From assembly GCA_963787255.1 (NCBI GenBank), contig CAWBCJ010000029.1, positions 736,001 through 800,000 of the forward strand: a stretch of 64,000 bases of DNA. Direction: 5' to 3'. Origin of the DNA: Methanobacteriota archaeon. GTDB taxonomy: Archaea; Methanobacteriota; Methanobacteria; Methanobacteriales; Methanobacteriaceae. Both the position numbers and the translations under genes were made by a program. The notes below the pieces were generated by a model. That model had not been told where the DNA came from. It was given only the letters and a program-made list of their open reading frames with translations, and did no database searches. This document shows positions 22,168 through 32,978 of this stretch, piece after piece (the stretch's first letter is position 1; every line of letters starts with the position of its first letter).

Positions 22168-23319
22168 ATGAAATCTCTTATAAATAATACACTAAAAGAA
22201 TCGGAAGTTAGAAGAGAAAAAAGGCCAGCTGACATCCAAAATAGCATCGACGTTTCAGACGTTAACAGCGATCTCAAAGATATCATAGAACAGAGCCGGG
22301 CAAAAATATTCGTTGTTGGAACTGGAGGGGCCGGAAATAACACAGTTTCAAGACTTATGGAAATAGGAATCGAAGGCGCAGATACCATTGCAATAAATAC
22401 TGATGCACAGGATCTTTTCTACTCAAATTCCCATCAGAAGATACTTATAGGAAAAGCAACATGTGGAGGATTAGGCGCAGGTGGAATGCCTGAGATAGGC
22501 GAAGAATGCGCTGAAGAAAGTGAAGAAGCAATAAAAGAAAGGTTAGACGGGGCCGACATGGTTTTTGTAACCTGTGGACTTGGAGGAGGTACCGGAACAG
22601 GTTCCGCTCCTGTAATTGCAAAATTAGCCAAAAAAATTGGAGCATTAACAATTGCAGTATCTACAATGCCTTTCAGTGCTGAAGGACTTAGAAGAAGAGA
22701 AAATGCTGAAAAAGGGCTTGAAAAGCTCCAGAATGCGGCAGATACAGTTATTGTAATACCTAACGATAAATTACTTGAAGTTGCACCTAATTTACCTATA
22801 AATAAAGCTTTCATGGTAACAGACGAACTTCTGGGAAGGGCTGTTAAAGGAATAACTGAACTCATAACTAAACCCGGACTTGTCAGTCTTGACTTTGCAG
22901 ACATAAGAAGCATAATGAAAGGCTCTGGAATGGCAATGATTGGTATGGGCGAATCTGAATCTGGAGACAGGGCAATAGAATCCGTTCACGAGGCTTTAAA
23001 CAGTCCATTACTTGATCTGGACATTTCTAATGCTAAGGGTGCACTGATAAACATATCAGGAAGTTCAGACATGACCCTGCACGAAGCCGAAAAAATCGTT
23101 CAGATTGTTGCTGACGAACTTGATCCAGATGCAAACATAATCTGGGGTACACAAATTCAGGAAGACCTTCAAAATGTCATACGTACAACTATCGTAGTTG
23201 CAGGCGTGAAATCTCCTCACATATTTGGCGTACCAGCAGAACGTGAGTTTATTGAAGAGGAAAAAGAGAATACAGTTCCTGAATCAGCTTTAGAAGAGTT
23301 TATAGACGGTGTTTTCTAA
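22168..23319 (+). CDS. ftsZ: Cell division protein FtsZ
   Basis: [34 protein letters not shown]; start set at ATG 22168. Confidence 0.98.
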   Translation: MKSLINNTLKESEVRREKRPADIQNSIDVSDVNSDLKDIIEQSRAKIFVVGTGGAGNNTVSRLMEIGIEGADTIAINTDAQDLFYSNSHQKILIGKATCGGLGAGGMPEIGEECAEESEEAIKERLDGADMVFVTCGLGGGTGTGSAPVIAKLAKKIGALTIAVSTMPFSAEGLRRRENAEKGLEKLQNAADTVIVIPNDKLLEVAPNLPINKAFMVTDELLGRAVKGITELITKPGLVSLDFADIRSIMKGSGMAMIGMGESESGDRAIESVHEALNSPLLDLDISNAKGALINISGSSDMTLHEAEKIVQIVADELDPDANIIWGTQIQEDLQNVIRTTIVVAGVKSPHIFGVPAEREFIEEEKENTVPESALEEFIDGVF

Positions 23320-23389
23320 TTAAATATTAATTATGAGAAACACCACTGATTTTCTCTAACTTGCTTAGTTTTAGTTATCTATAAAAAAT

Positions 23390-23404
23390 GAAAAGGTTTA
23401 TAAA
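23390..23404 (+). promoter_or_regulatory. Candidate BRE/TATA promoter of the secE-spt5-rpl11 operon
   Basis: GAAAAGG followed by TTTATAAA, about 110 nt upstream of secE. Confidence 0.45.
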
Positions 23405-23511
23405 TTCATAAATAAAATAAACTATTATCATTTATATAGAATAATTAGTAAATATATTATTCTCAAATAATTTAATAACTTATTCTTTAATGAATTTAAG
23501 TAGGTATTTTT

Positions 23512-23697
23512 ATGAATTTGAATAAGGAAACTACCTCCCAGTTTATAAGACAGTGCAGGAGAGTTCTGCACGTATCTAAAAAGCCAGATAGAGAAGAATT
23601 TATAAATGTAGCAAAAATAACGGGAATTGGAATTATTATAATAGGCGTTATAGGCTTTATAATAAGTCTAATTGCTCAACTGTTAGGTATGGTATAA
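23512..23697 (+). CDS. secE: Protein translocase subunit SecE/Sec61-gamma
   Basis: RVL..SKKPD.EEF...AK.TG.GI..IG.IGF; located between ftsZ and spt5. Confidence 0.95.
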   Translation: MNLNKETTSQFIRQCRRVLHVSKKPDREEFINVAKITGIGIIIIGVIGFIISLIAQLLGMV

Positions 23698-23742
23698 TTT
23701 TCATTAATTTACTGCTTTATAGCCCGTTAGGTAAGTGATAAT

Positions 23743-24186
23743 TTGATATATGCATTAAGAACCCTTGTAGGACAGGAAAAAAACGTTGCAAGATTGCTTT
23801 CAAGAAATGTCAAAAACAGTGATATTGAAGTTACTTCAATACTTGTTCCAGACAATTTAAGAGGTTACATTTTAGTTGAATCTTCATCTAAAATTGACAT
23901 GCAAGATCCTGCTTTTAAAGTTCCAAATCTAAGGGGATCAGTGGAAGGTGAAATAACCTTCGAAGAGATTAAAAGCTTTTTAAATCCAGAGCCTATTATA
24001 GCTTCTGTTAAAAAAGGAAGTATTATAGAGCTTATATCTGGTCCTTTTAAAGGTGAAAGGGCTAAAGTAGTTAGAATAGATGAATCCAAGGAAGAAGTAG
24101 TTTTAGAGCTAATCGAAGCTGCAATTCCGATCCCAGTTACGGTCAAAGGTGACCAAATAAGATTAATTCAGAAGGAGGCAGATTAA
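23743..24186 (+). CDS. spt5: Transcription elongation factor Spt5/NusG
   Basis: NGN domain ([13 protein letters not shown]) plus KOW domain (ISGPFKGE). Confidence 0.96.
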   Translation: MIYALRTLVGQEKNVARLLSRNVKNSDIEVTSILVPDNLRGYILVESSSKIDMQDPAFKVPNLRGSVEGEITFEEIKSFLNPEPIIASVKKGSIIELISGPFKGERAKVVRIDESKEEVVLELIEAAIPIPVTVKGDQIRLIQKEAD

Positions 24187-24665
24187 TGGCTAAAGAGACA
24201 GTGGAGATTCTCATTGAAGGCGGAAAAGCAACACCAGGACCACCATTAGGCCCTGCAATTGGACCGCTTGGTATTAACATGATGCAAGTTGTAGAGCAAA
24301 TAAACAGCAAAACTTCAGATTTTGCAGGTATTAAAGTTCCAGTAAAAGTCATCGTAGATGTGGGGACAAAAGAATTTGAAGTTGAAGTAGGTACACCTCC
24401 AACAACTGCACTTATATTAGATGAACTAAATATTGAAAAAGGTTCTCAAGATCCTGGACTAGACAAAGTTGCTGATCTATCCATAGAGCAGACACTTAAA
24501 ATCGCCAGGATGAAATTCGATTCACTACTTTCAAACGATTATAAAATGGCTGCTAAAGAAGTTATTGGAACATGCGTGAGCATGGGCTTAACTGTAGATG
24601 GCAAAGACCCTAAAATCGTGCAGAAAGAAATTAGTGAAGGCGTATACGACGAACAATTACAATAA
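24186..24665 (+). CDS. rpl11: 50S ribosomal protein L11
   Basis: [25 protein letters not shown]. Confidence 0.98.
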   Translation: MAKETVEILIEGGKATPGPPLGPAIGPLGINMMQVVEQINSKTSDFAGIKVPVKVIVDVGTKEFEVEVGTPPTTALILDELNIEKGSQDPGLDKVADLSIEQTLKIARMKFDSLLSNDYKMAAKEVIGTCVSMGLTVDGKDPKIVQKEISEGVYDEQLQ

Positions 24666-24716
24666 AATTTTATAAATAAATTAAAATCAATCCATTTGAT
24701 CAAAAATCAATTATTG

Positions 24717-24740
24717 TGAACTTTTAACCAAAAAAGTTCA
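24717..24740 (+). promoter_or_regulatory. Hairpin immediately upstream of the rpl1 RBS
   Basis: TGAACTTTT (24717-25) pairs with AAAAGTTCA (24732-40); GGAGG follows. Confidence 0.45.
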
Positions 24741-24749
24741 TGGAGGAAT

Positions 24750-25391
24750 TTGATGAATCAAGAGATATTGGAAGCAGTGAAGAAGGCGAAAGAGGAATCC
24801 AAGCCGAGAAACTTCACACAGTCTATAGATGTTGTTATAAACATCAAAGATTTAGACGTGAAAAAGCCAGAGAACAGAATAGATGAAGAAGTCTTCCTTC
24901 CAAATGGACGTGGTAAAGGCATAAAAATTGCCTTTATAGCAGATGGTGAACTGGGAATTCAGGCAAAAAATGCCGGTGCAGATCTTGTAATAACCAAAGA
25001 GAATTTAGAAGACTTTGGAAAAGACAGGAAAGCAGCCAAAAAAATGGCTAACGAATACACATTTTTCGTTGCACAGGCAGATATGATGCCGCAAGTAGGT
25101 AGATTTTTAGGACCCGTTCTTGGACCTAGAAAAAAGATGCCAAAACCAGTTCCAGCATCCGTAAAACCAGATCCTATAATGGAAAGACTCAACAATACAG
25201 TAAAAGTAAGAATAAAGGATCAGCCAGTTATCCAGGCAATTGTTGGTTCCCAGGATATGGAGGACGAGCAAATTGCAGATAATGTTGAAGCTGTGCTTGG
25301 AATATTGGACAGAAAACTGGAGAAAGGAAGAAACCAGATAAAATCCATGTACATTAAAACTACCATGGGTCCAGTAGCGAGGGTGATTTAA
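24750..25391 (+). CDS. rpl1: 50S ribosomal protein L1
   Basis: [25 protein letters not shown]. Confidence 0.98.
   Translation: MMNQEILEAVKKAKEESKPRNFTQSIDVVINIKDLDVKKPENRIDEEVFLPNGRGKGIKIAFIADGELGIQAKNAGADLVITKENLEDFGKDRKAAKKMANEYTFFVAQADMMPQVGRFLGPVLGPRKKMPKPVPASVKPDPIMERLNNTVKVRIKDQPVIQAIVGSQDMEDEQIADNVEAVLGILDRKLEKGRNQIKSMYIKTTMGPVARVI
24777..24817 (+). promoter_or_regulatory. L1-binding translational autoregulatory RNA element inside the 5' part of rpl1
   Basis: GUGAAG-AA-GGC...GCC-GAGAAA-CUUCAC: two helices around an asymmetric loop, with the architecture and position of the methanococcal L1 mRNA target. Confidence 0.75.
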
Positions 25392-26398
25392 TGGCTCATG
25401 TTGCTGAATGGAAAAGAGAAGAGGTCAATGACCTTAAAGAACTTATAAAAAGTCACAGTGTAGTGGGTATGGCCAATCTGGCAGATATACCAGCTCCTCA
25501 ACTCCAGAAAATGAGAAGAAACTTAAAGGATACTACAACCATTAAAATGTCAAGAAAGACATTAATGAGCTTGGCTTTAGGCGAATCTGAAAAAGATAAT
25601 ATAGTTGCACTTGGTGAACATATGGAAGGTCAGCCAGCATTGATCTTTACAAACATGAACCCATTTAAGCTCTATAAAATTCTTGAAGATAGTAAAACAG
25701 CCGCGCCTGCAAAAGCAGGAAGTATAGCTCCTTCAGATATTGTAGTGCCTAAAGGTGACACTTCATTTAAACCAGGTCCTATTCTTGGAGAGCTTCAAAA
25801 AGTCGGTATTCCTGCTAAAATTGATAAAGGAAAAATTGTTATAACCAAGGATAAGGTAATTGTTGCTGAAGGGGAAGCAGTTCCTCGAAATGTGGCAGGT
25901 ATTCTTACAAGGCTTGAAATTGAGCCAATGGAAGTTGGAATTGACTTAGTAGCAGCTTATGAAGACCAGACAGTGTATACATCTGACCTTTTAACTATAG
26001 ATGAAGAGAAAACATTATCTGACATACAGAAAGCGTTCTCTCAAGCACTGAATCTATCAGTAAATGCATCTATATACACTAAAGAAGCTATGCCGCTTAT
26101 TATACAGAATGCTGCAATTAAAGCAATGAATCTTGCATTAAATGCAGAAATACTCACATCAAAAACAACAGATTTACTGTTATCCAAGGCTTACTCACAG
26201 ATGTTAGCATTAGCATCTGATTTATCATCAGTAGATGAAAAAGCACTTGATGATGAACTTCTGGATAAACTGAAATCACGCCCACAGGCGGTTGAAGTTA
26301 AAGCGGAAGATAAAGAAGACGAAGAAGAAGACGAAGAAGAAGACGAAGAAGATAAAGAAGAAGATGCAGCAGCAGGGCTAGGCGCCTTGTTCGGCTAA
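25391..26398 (+). CDS. rpl10: 50S ribosomal protein L10 (P0)
   Basis: HVAEWK, QLQKMR, NPFKL, GDT.FKPGP, acidic tail, [10 protein letters not shown]. Confidence 0.97.
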   Translation: MAHVAEWKREEVNDLKELIKSHSVVGMANLADIPAPQLQKMRRNLKDTTTIKMSRKTLMSLALGESEKDNIVALGEHMEGQPALIFTNMNPFKLYKILEDSKTAAPAKAGSIAPSDIVVPKGDTSFKPGPILGELQKVGIPAKIDKGKIVITKDKVIVAEGEAVPRNVAGILTRLEIEPMEVGIDLVAAYEDQTVYTSDLLTIDEEKTLSDIQKAFSQALNLSVNASIYTKEAMPLIIQNAAIKAMNLALNAEILTSKTTDLLLSKAYSQMLALASDLSSVDEKALDDELLDKLKSRPQAVEVKAEDKEDEEEDEEEDEEDKEEDAAAGLGALFG

Positions 26399-26435
26399 AC
26401 TTTATTAAATATTTTTAAAATTTGAGGTGATCATA

Positions 26436-26741
26436 ATGGAATATATATACGCAGCAATGTTATTGCACACAACAGGTCAGGAAATTAACGAAGAAAATGT
26501 AACAAAGGTTTTAGAAGCAGCAGGAGCAGAAGCAGACGATGCAAGAGTAAAAGCATTAATCGCAGCACTTGAAGATGTGGACATCGAAGAAGCAATGGAG
26601 AAAACCGCAGTAGCAGCAGCAGCTCCAGCAGCAGCAGCTCCAGCAGCAGAAGAAAAACCTGAAGAGGAAGAGGAAGAGGAAGAAGACGAGGAAGAAAAAG
26701 AAGAAGAAGCCGCAGCAGGTCTCGGCGCACTCTTCGGATAA
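26436..26741 (+). CDS. rpl12: 50S ribosomal protein L12 (P1)
   Basis: [11 protein letters not shown], Ala-rich hinge, acidic tract, GLGALFG; GAGGTGA RBS. Confidence 0.98.
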   Translation: MEYIYAAMLLHTTGQEINEENVTKVLEAAGAEADDARVKALIAALEDVDIEEAMEKTAVAAAAPAAAAPAAEEKPEEEEEEEEDEEEKEEEAAAGLGALFG

Positions 26742-26750
26742 TTCCGATTC

Positions 26751-26791
26751 GAAGCCAAGAAATTGGCTTTCCTTACTATTTTTTTTATTTT
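26751..26791 (+). terminator. Hairpin plus T-tract after rpl12
   Basis: GAAGCCAA-GAAA-TTGGCTTT followed by T-runs at about 26779-26791. Confidence 0.65.
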
Positions 26792-26833
26792 AATTATAAT
26801 TTTAAAATTTAATAACTTTTATCACTGATTACT

Positions 26834-29539
26834 ATGTCTAACCAGCTTGAAGAACTTGGATATACTAAAAAAACATGTATTACTTGTGGAAACGATTTCT
26901 GGTCTATTGGAGATAGAAAAACTTGTGGTGACGCCCCATGCGATGAATATGAATTCATTGGGAATCCTGCAACAAGTAAAAAATATGACCTTTATGAAAT
27001 TCAGAAGACTTTCATGGAATTTTTTGCCGAAAAAGGCCACACACCAATAAAAAGATATCCTGTTCTTGCAAAAAGATGGAGAGACGACGTTTTTTTAGTA
27101 GGCGCATCAATTTACGATTTTCAACCATGGGTCACATCAGGAGCAGTAGATCCTCCTGCAAACCCATTAGTAATCGCACAACCATCAATTAGACTTAATG
27201 ATGTGGATAATGTCGGAAGGACCGGCAGGCACATGACTTGTTTTACAATGGGTGGACATCACGCATTTAATTCTCCTAAAGAACAAATTTACTGGGAAGA
27301 TGAAACAGTAAAATACTGTCATGACTTTATTAAACACATTGGAATCAACCCAGAAGAAATTACTTACATTGAATCATGGTGGGAAGGCGGAGGAAACGCA
27401 GGTCCCTGTTATGAAATTTGTGTTAGAGGGGTAGAATTAGCAACACTTGTTTTTATAAAATACAAAACACTTCCTGGCGGAAAACTTGAAGAAATCCCTC
27501 TTACGATTGTTGACACTGGATACGGGCTTGAAAGATTTGCTTGGATATCGCAGGGAACTCCAACAGCTTATGATGCTTCATTTGGTCCAGTAATAAATGA
27601 ATTAAAGGATTTATCTGGTATTGAAGTGAATGAAAGCATTCTTGCTGAAAACGCCCAGGTAGCTGGAATGATGGACATTGAAACTTTCGCAGACTTAAGA
27701 GAGTTAAGGAAAAAGGTTGCTGAAAGGCTTAATATAACACTTGATGAACTTGAAGAAGCTACAAAGCCAATGGAAGCAATATATGTAATTGCAGACCATA
27801 CAAGATGTCTGGCATTTATGCTTGCAGATGGTGTAATTCCATCCAACGTTAAAGAAGGATATCTGGCAAGACTCGTTTTAAGAAGAACAATTCGTTTCAT
27901 AAAAGACTTAGGATTAGAAGAATCATTAGCAGATATGATGAAAATACAGCTTGATTTCTTATCAAAAACTTATCCTGAAATTAAGCATCATCAAGATCAT
28001 ATACTTAATATTATCAATTTAGAAGATAAGAGATACCTTAAAACAGTTTCAAAGGGCAGAAAACTTGTAAAAACGACAATAAAACAGCTTAAAAAACAGA
28101 ATAAAGATGAAATACCTCTTGAAACACTTATAAAACTTTATGATTCTCATGGAATCCCTCCAGAAACCATTAATGAGATTGCAGCAGAAAACAATTTCAA
28201 AGCAGAAGTTCCTGATAATTTTTATACATTAGTTGCAAATGAGCATGCAGAAGAAGTTCAAGAAGAAAAAGAGGAAATAAAGCTTAATTTTCCCCTTACA
28301 GATTTATTATTCTATGAAAAGCCTTATGATACACAATTTGAAGCTCATGTAATTGGAACTTATGAAAATAACGTTATATTGGACCAGACTATTTTCTATC
28401 CTGAAGGAGGAGGGCAGCCGTCAGATATTGGATTCCTTTCCATTCGCGGTGAAAAAATAAAGGTTCTTCATGCTGAAAAGATAAATAATATTGTTTTACA
28501 CAAGGTAAACGAAGAAGATATTGAAAAAGTGCACCCTTATAAAGGCCAGATAATAAATGGGCAAATTGATCTTAGAAGGCGCCAGGCTCTTACTAGGAAC
28601 CATACTGCAACTCATTTAATAATTGCTGCTGCAAGAAAGGTTTTAGGCGACCATGTATGGCAGGCAGGGGCTCAAAAAGGTGTTAAAAGGTCAAGAATTG
28701 ATATTTCCCATTACAAACGGATAAAACCTGAAGAACTTCAGGAGATTGAACTTCTTGCAAATAGATATGTTATGGAAAATCGCAGTGTGCTTACTAACTG
28801 GATGGCCAGGGCAGAAGCCGAGAAAAAATATGGATTTATCCTTTACCAGGGCGGAGTAGTTCCAGGAATGTCTATAAGAACAGTAAAAATTGAAGATGTT
28901 GATGTGCAGGCCTGTGCAGGAACACATTGTTCAATGACGGGAGATATTGGGCTTATTAAGATTACCAAAACTGAAAGAATTCAGGACGGGGTGGAAAGGA
29001 TTGAATTTTCAGCGGGCGAAGCCGCAATTGAGGCTGCTCAGTCTAAAGATAATCTTTTAAAAGAAAGCGCCGCAGTTTTCAAGGTTGAACCAGAACAGCT
29101 CCCTAAAACCTGTGATAGATTCTTCAGTGAGTGGAAATCATTTAAAAATGAAATAAATAGACTTAAGGGTCAGATAGCAACATTAAAGATGAAAACTTTA
29201 ATGGGCAAATCCGAAAAAATTGGTGATCTAAATGTTTTAGAAGACATGATTGATGCAGATATAGGTGAAATGCAAAAAATGGCTTTAGACCTCACTGATG
29301 ATGACGGAGAGTTTGACGTGGTTCTTCTAGGTAATTTAGAAGGTAAAATAGTAGGAACTTCCTCTGCCCATGCAATAGAATATGGTATTAAAATTAATGA
29401 AATAATTAAAGAGGCTGCAACTATTCTTGGTGGTGGAGGTGGCGGAAGACCTAATCTTGCCCAAGGTGCGGGTCCAAAATCCGAAAAGATGAGAGAAGCA
29501 CTTGATTTTTCATTAGACAAAATTAAAGCTAAGTTCTAA
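26834..29539 (+). CDS. alaS: Alanine--tRNA ligase (archaeal type)
   Basis: N-terminal C..C...CGD.PC, VG.TGRH.TCFTM, VDTGYGLER, DHTRC, HTATH editing motif, CAGTH, GGGGGRP. Confidence 0.98.
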   Translation: MSNQLEELGYTKKTCITCGNDFWSIGDRKTCGDAPCDEYEFIGNPATSKKYDLYEIQKTFMEFFAEKGHTPIKRYPVLAKRWRDDVFLVGASIYDFQPWVTSGAVDPPANPLVIAQPSIRLNDVDNVGRTGRHMTCFTMGGHHAFNSPKEQIYWEDETVKYCHDFIKHIGINPEEITYIESWWEGGGNAGPCYEICVRGVELATLVFIKYKTLPGGKLEEIPLTIVDTGYGLERFAWISQGTPTAYDASFGPVINELKDLSGIEVNESILAENAQVAGMMDIETFADLRELRKKVAERLNITLDELEEATKPMEAIYVIADHTRCLAFMLADGVIPSNVKEGYLARLVLRRTIRFIKDLGLEESLADMMKIQLDFLSKTYPEIKHHQDHILNIINLEDKRYLKTVSKGRKLVKTTIKQLKKQNKDEIPLETLIKLYDSHGIPPETINEIAAENNFKAEVPDNFYTLVANEHAEEVQEEKEEIKLNFPLTDLLFYEKPYDTQFEAHVIGTYENNVILDQTIFYPEGGGQPSDIGFLSIRGEKIKVLHAEKINNIVLHKVNEEDIEKVHPYKGQIINGQIDLRRRQALTRNHTATHLIIAAARKVLGDHVWQAGAQKGVKRSRIDISHYKRIKPEELQEIELLANRYVMENRSVLTNWMARAEAEKKYGFILYQGGVVPGMSIRTVKIEDVDVQACAGTHCSMTGDIGLIKITKTERIQDGVERIEFSAGEAAIEAAQSKDNLLKESAAVFKVEPEQLPKTCDRFFSEWKSFKNEINRLKGQIATLKMKTLMGKSEKIGDLNVLEDMIDADIGEMQKMALDLTDDDGEFDVVLLGNLEGKIVGTSSAHAIEYGIKINEIIKEAATILGGGGGGRPNLAQGAGPKSEKMREALDFSLDKIKAKF

Positions 29540-29679
29540 TGAATTAGTTTTTTAATTTTTAAATATCATTTCTTTTTAATTCTTATTGAATTTTAATCCT
29601 TAAAATTCCTTTTTTCATGTTAATAAACTAGATATATTATGATCTAAATAAATTTAATAGATTATTAGAAAACAAGTTT

Positions 29680-29697
29680 ATATAACAATAGTTATAA
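29680..29697. promoter_or_regulatory. Palindrome ATATAACAATAGTTATAA overlapping TTTATATA; candidate operator
   Basis: TATAAC-N4-GTTATA; 16/18 match to 63153-63170. Confidence 0.45.
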
Positions 29698-29729
29698 ATT
29701 TCAAGATATGATGATTACGGAGGAATTTT

Positions 29730-30989
29730 TTGAATATCCGCTCAATTGAAGAAATTAACCATAAAATTGAAAGAGGAGAAGCAACAGTTCTCACAGCAGA
29801 AGAAGTCAGTGACCTTGTTAGGAATGGGAAAGAGCCAAATGCAGAAGATATCGATGTTATAACTACAGGAACATGTGGAATAATGTCCGGAACAGCAGCG
29901 ATATTCCACGTAAAAGCAGGGGAACCAGGATCATTTAAAAAAGCCAAAAGCGTGCATTTAAATGGAGTACCAGGATTTCCAGGCCCATGTCCAAACGAAT
30001 GGCTTGGATCAGTTGACATGATGGTTTATGGAACAGCCCACAGTATTTACGATGAAGATTACGGTGGAGGATTTTTATTTAAGGATATTGTTTCTGGAAA
30101 AGACATAGAAATTGAGGTAGAATCTATAAACGGCGAAAAAATAAAATCAACAGTTAATATAGGTGATTTCGGATCAGCAAGAATGATTGGAACTCGTTTA
30201 GCGTTTAAAAATTACACTGCATTCCTGAACCCTAATAATGAACCTGTTGCATCAATATTCAATGCAATAGAAATGGAAGGGCCTTATAGGGGACTTTCAT
30301 TTTCAGGTTGCGGGGAATTAAATCCTTTACAAAACGATCCAGTAATGAATACCATAAAGACAGGCACTAAAGTACTTATGTGCGGCTCAGAAGGAATGGT
30401 AATTGGGAATGGAACAAGAAGCACTCCAGAAAAGCCAAATTTAATGATTTCTGCTGATATGTACGATATGGATCCTCATTTCCTTGGTGGATTTAAAACT
30501 GCTGCAGGACCGGAAGTTTTCAATAGCGTAGCTGCGGCAATTCCTGTTTTAAATGATGAGATCTTGAAAAACACTTATATCAAAAATGAAGATATTCCAC
30601 TCCCTATTGCAGATATAAGGGGAAGACACTTGCCTCTAGGCTCTACAAATTATGCCGAAGTTTGGGGAGATGTAGATGAACGGCCAATTTATTATCTAGA
30701 AGAATGTAGAAACTGTGAAGTGTGTATTGTGCGTGAAAGATGTCCTACAGGAGCGTACAATAAAACTCTAAATGTAAAAAGATGTTTTGGCTGTGGAATG
30801 TGTGCTTATTCCTGTCCTTACGGTGCATTTGAAATGAAACGCGGTAAAATTAAGTTTAAAGTTGAAGACAGACTCATTGATGTTCCTGTTATATGTCGTC
30901 AATCTGATATTAAAAGAGCACGTGAATTAGCTAATGATCTTAAAAAGAGAGTTCTTGAAGGAAAATTTTCGATTTCAAAATGTTATTGA
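29730..30989 (+). CDS. Methanogenesis-marker-16-type metalloprotein (DUF39/aspartate-semialdehyde sulfurtransferase family plus ferredoxin domain)
   Basis: RSIEEIN.KI..GEA.VLTAEE, DVITTGTCG.MSGT, GPCPNE.LG.VD, YGGG.LF, SGCGELNPL.NDP; CxxCxxC...CP and CxxCxxCxxxCP. Confidence 0.88.
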   Translation: MNIRSIEEINHKIERGEATVLTAEEVSDLVRNGKEPNAEDIDVITTGTCGIMSGTAAIFHVKAGEPGSFKKAKSVHLNGVPGFPGPCPNEWLGSVDMMVYGTAHSIYDEDYGGGFLFKDIVSGKDIEIEVESINGEKIKSTVNIGDFGSARMIGTRLAFKNYTAFLNPNNEPVASIFNAIEMEGPYRGLSFSGCGELNPLQNDPVMNTIKTGTKVLMCGSEGMVIGNGTRSTPEKPNLMISADMYDMDPHFLGGFKTAAGPEVFNSVAAAIPVLNDEILKNTYIKNEDIPLPIADIRGRHLPLGSTNYAEVWGDVDERPIYYLEECRNCEVCIVRERCPTGAYNKTLNVKRCFGCGMCAYSCPYGAFEMKRGKIKFKVEDRLIDVPVICRQSDIKRARELANDLKKRVLEGKFSISKCY

Positions 30990-31009
30990 CTAACTTGAAT
31001 TAAAAAAGA

Positions 31010-31441
31010 TTAGATTTTGAATCCAGGTATTTGGGGAATTGATTGTGAACCAAACATTAATAAACCTACAATAAATCCAAGAACAAGCGCTATAAATAAT
31101 AAAAGGATTATGTTTCCTATTCCCACTCCTGATTTTTCTTTATAGTCCTCTTCATAATAGTCTTTTTGATGGGATTCGGCTTCTTCATATTCCACATCAT
31201 ATTCATTATCATAATGGGAATAATCAGGGCTTTCTGGTACTGAATCTTCAGTATATTTCTTTTTTATTGGTTTTTCAACTATTTGAGAATTATCAGGACC
31301 AATTGATTTCGAATCTTTATAATATTTCTTTTTTTTCATGGGATTAGGAGGCAAATCTAAAAGCTGCATTCCACAGTTAGGGCAGTATTCTTCGCCTTTA
31401 TCAATGTTTGCTCCACAGTTATCACAGATCATATCAATCAT
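31010..31441 (-). CDS. Zinc-ribbon protein with C-terminal membrane anchor
   Basis: CDNCG...YCPNCG, acidic linker, one hydrophobic helix. Confidence 0.85.
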   Translation of the reverse strand: MIDMICDNCGANIDKGEEYCPNCGMQLLDLPPNPMKKKKYYKDSKSIGPDNSQIVEKPIKKKYTEDSVPESPDYSHYDNEYDVEYEEAESHQKDYYEEDYKEKSGVGIGNIILLLFIALVLGFIVGLLMFGSQSIPQIPGFKI

Positions 31442-31558
31442 TTTTAAGGAGTTTAAGAAATTTAATATTTTTTTTATTCTTTAAGTTTTAATATTTTTAT
31501 TTTTTTGGCTAAAATATATTTATTATTATATTGGAAAATAGGATAATGATTACTATTT

Positions 31559-32581
31559 TCATATTAAATTTATAAAACCTAAACTTTTTGCATAATTTAT
31601 TGTTTCTTCCATTTCATGCTGCGTTGGGTAGCGCATTATTTTAGGGGATTCATTTGCCATGTAGACTGGTCTGTATTGTCCCATTATGTTTACAACTGTT
31701 TCATTTCCTAAATTTTTAGATACCCACTTTAAAATTGGCTTTGAGCAACATTCGACATGGTCTGGTAATACAAGATGTCTTATGATCATATCTCCTGCTT
31801 TTTTTGCCATCAAATGATTCCGGGTAATGGTATCCCAGTAATTTGCTACTTCTGAAAGCTTTTCTGCACAATCTGAAGGTCCATATTTAAAATCGCTTAG
31901 ATAAAGGTCAATAAAACCGTCAAGAAGCTTCATAGCATCTTCGCTCAAGTAGAAATTACTGTTCCAGATTACTGGAATATTTTCCTTACTTAATCTCATT
32001 GTTTTTAAAATATAAAGTAAATTGGGTGTTGGATCACCGCCTACAAAATTCACGTTCCGTGAACCTTCTATTCTCCGTCTATCAATAACTTTCGCGAGAT
32101 TTTCTTCACTTGTTTCAATTCCAGAATCTGGAAATTGACTTATGTCAAAGTTCTGGCAGTAAATGCACTCAAAGTTGCAGCCAGTAAAGAAAATGGTGTG
32201 GCTGGGTACAAGTGGAGCTTCTTCACCCATGTGCACAAATTCAGATGCTATTTTTGGCTTTAAAACATTGCAATATCCTTTTTTGGTGTTTCTATTAACA
32301 TAACATCTTTTTTCACAAAAATAACAGTTTTCAAAAATTATTTCGGCTATTTTAACCTTTAAATCAAGATAGGAAAAATCAGGCTGTTTAACTTTATTAA
32401 ACTTAGATTTATCATATTTTTCATTCAAATATGCCCTTAAATACTCATGTTCATCCCAAATAGAATTAATATCATTTTTTTTGGCTGCAGTCATTCCCAT
32501 AGCTACTTTTGACCTCGACAACCTCTTATTTAACATTATTTCCAAATAACTGGACAATTCCTTTTCTATATTTTTATCCAT
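31559..32581 (-). CDS. Radical SAM protein (PflX-like)
   Basis: C.FCE.RC.VNR, H.GEE.PL.PS.TIFF.GCNFECIYCQN, VGGDPTP, RHLVLP.H, MGQYRP. Confidence 0.9.
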   Translation of the reverse strand: MDKNIEKELSSYLEIMLNKRLSRSKVAMGMTAAKKNDINSIWDEHEYLRAYLNEKYDKSKFNKVKQPDFSYLDLKVKIAEIIFENCYFCEKRCYVNRNTKKGYCNVLKPKIASEFVHMGEEAPLVPSHTIFFTGCNFECIYCQNFDISQFPDSGIETSEENLAKVIDRRRIEGSRNVNFVGGDPTPNLLYILKTMRLSKENIPVIWNSNFYLSEDAMKLLDGFIDLYLSDFKYGPSDCAEKLSEVANYWDTITRNHLMAKKAGDMIIRHLVLPDHVECCSKPILKWVSKNLGNETVVNIMGQYRPVYMANESPKIMRYPTQHEMEETINYAKSLGFINLI

Positions 32582-32644
32582 TAATCTTTTTTTATATTGT
32601 TCGTGTGTATTTATGTTTGGTGAAAGTCAAAAATATTAATAATA

Positions 32645-32962
32645 TTGTACATAAGTAATAAAATGATTATTATGACGGAACAATTTGAGGAAATAAAAAA
32701 TGCATTTCAGGGTAATTGTGGCGAATGCAGATTAATTGACCAAAAAATAGCCATAATAGTTGAATTTAAAGACAAGAAAGATGCTGAATGGTTTGAAAAT
32801 AATATTGTATATCCTGAAGGCACTATGGAAAAATCTCCGATAAAACATGTAATGAAAATGTCTGAAGAATCTAAAAAATTTGCTAAACCCTTTTTTAGTT
32901 ATACATACACATTTGAAGTCAAAAATAAAGATCAATTAATGGATAAACTGAATAAAAAATAG
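32645..32962 (+). CDS. Hypothetical protein (start may be a downstream ATG)
   Basis: About 100-aa ORF with host-like composition; no motif recognised. Confidence 0.65.
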   Translation: MYISNKMIIMTEQFEEIKNAFQGNCGECRLIDQKIAIIVEFKDKKDAEWFENNIVYPEGTMEKSPIKHVMKMSEESKKFAKPFFSYTYTFEVKNKDQLMDKLNKK

Positions 32963-32978
32963 TAATAGCAGCTAAGAT

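Noticed and set aside
26300-26741. GAAGAC/GAAGAG and GCAGCA repeats and the duplicated GLGALFG ending
   Set aside because: Expected acidic/Ala-rich hinges and the shared C-terminal motif of archaeal P0/P1 stalk proteins.
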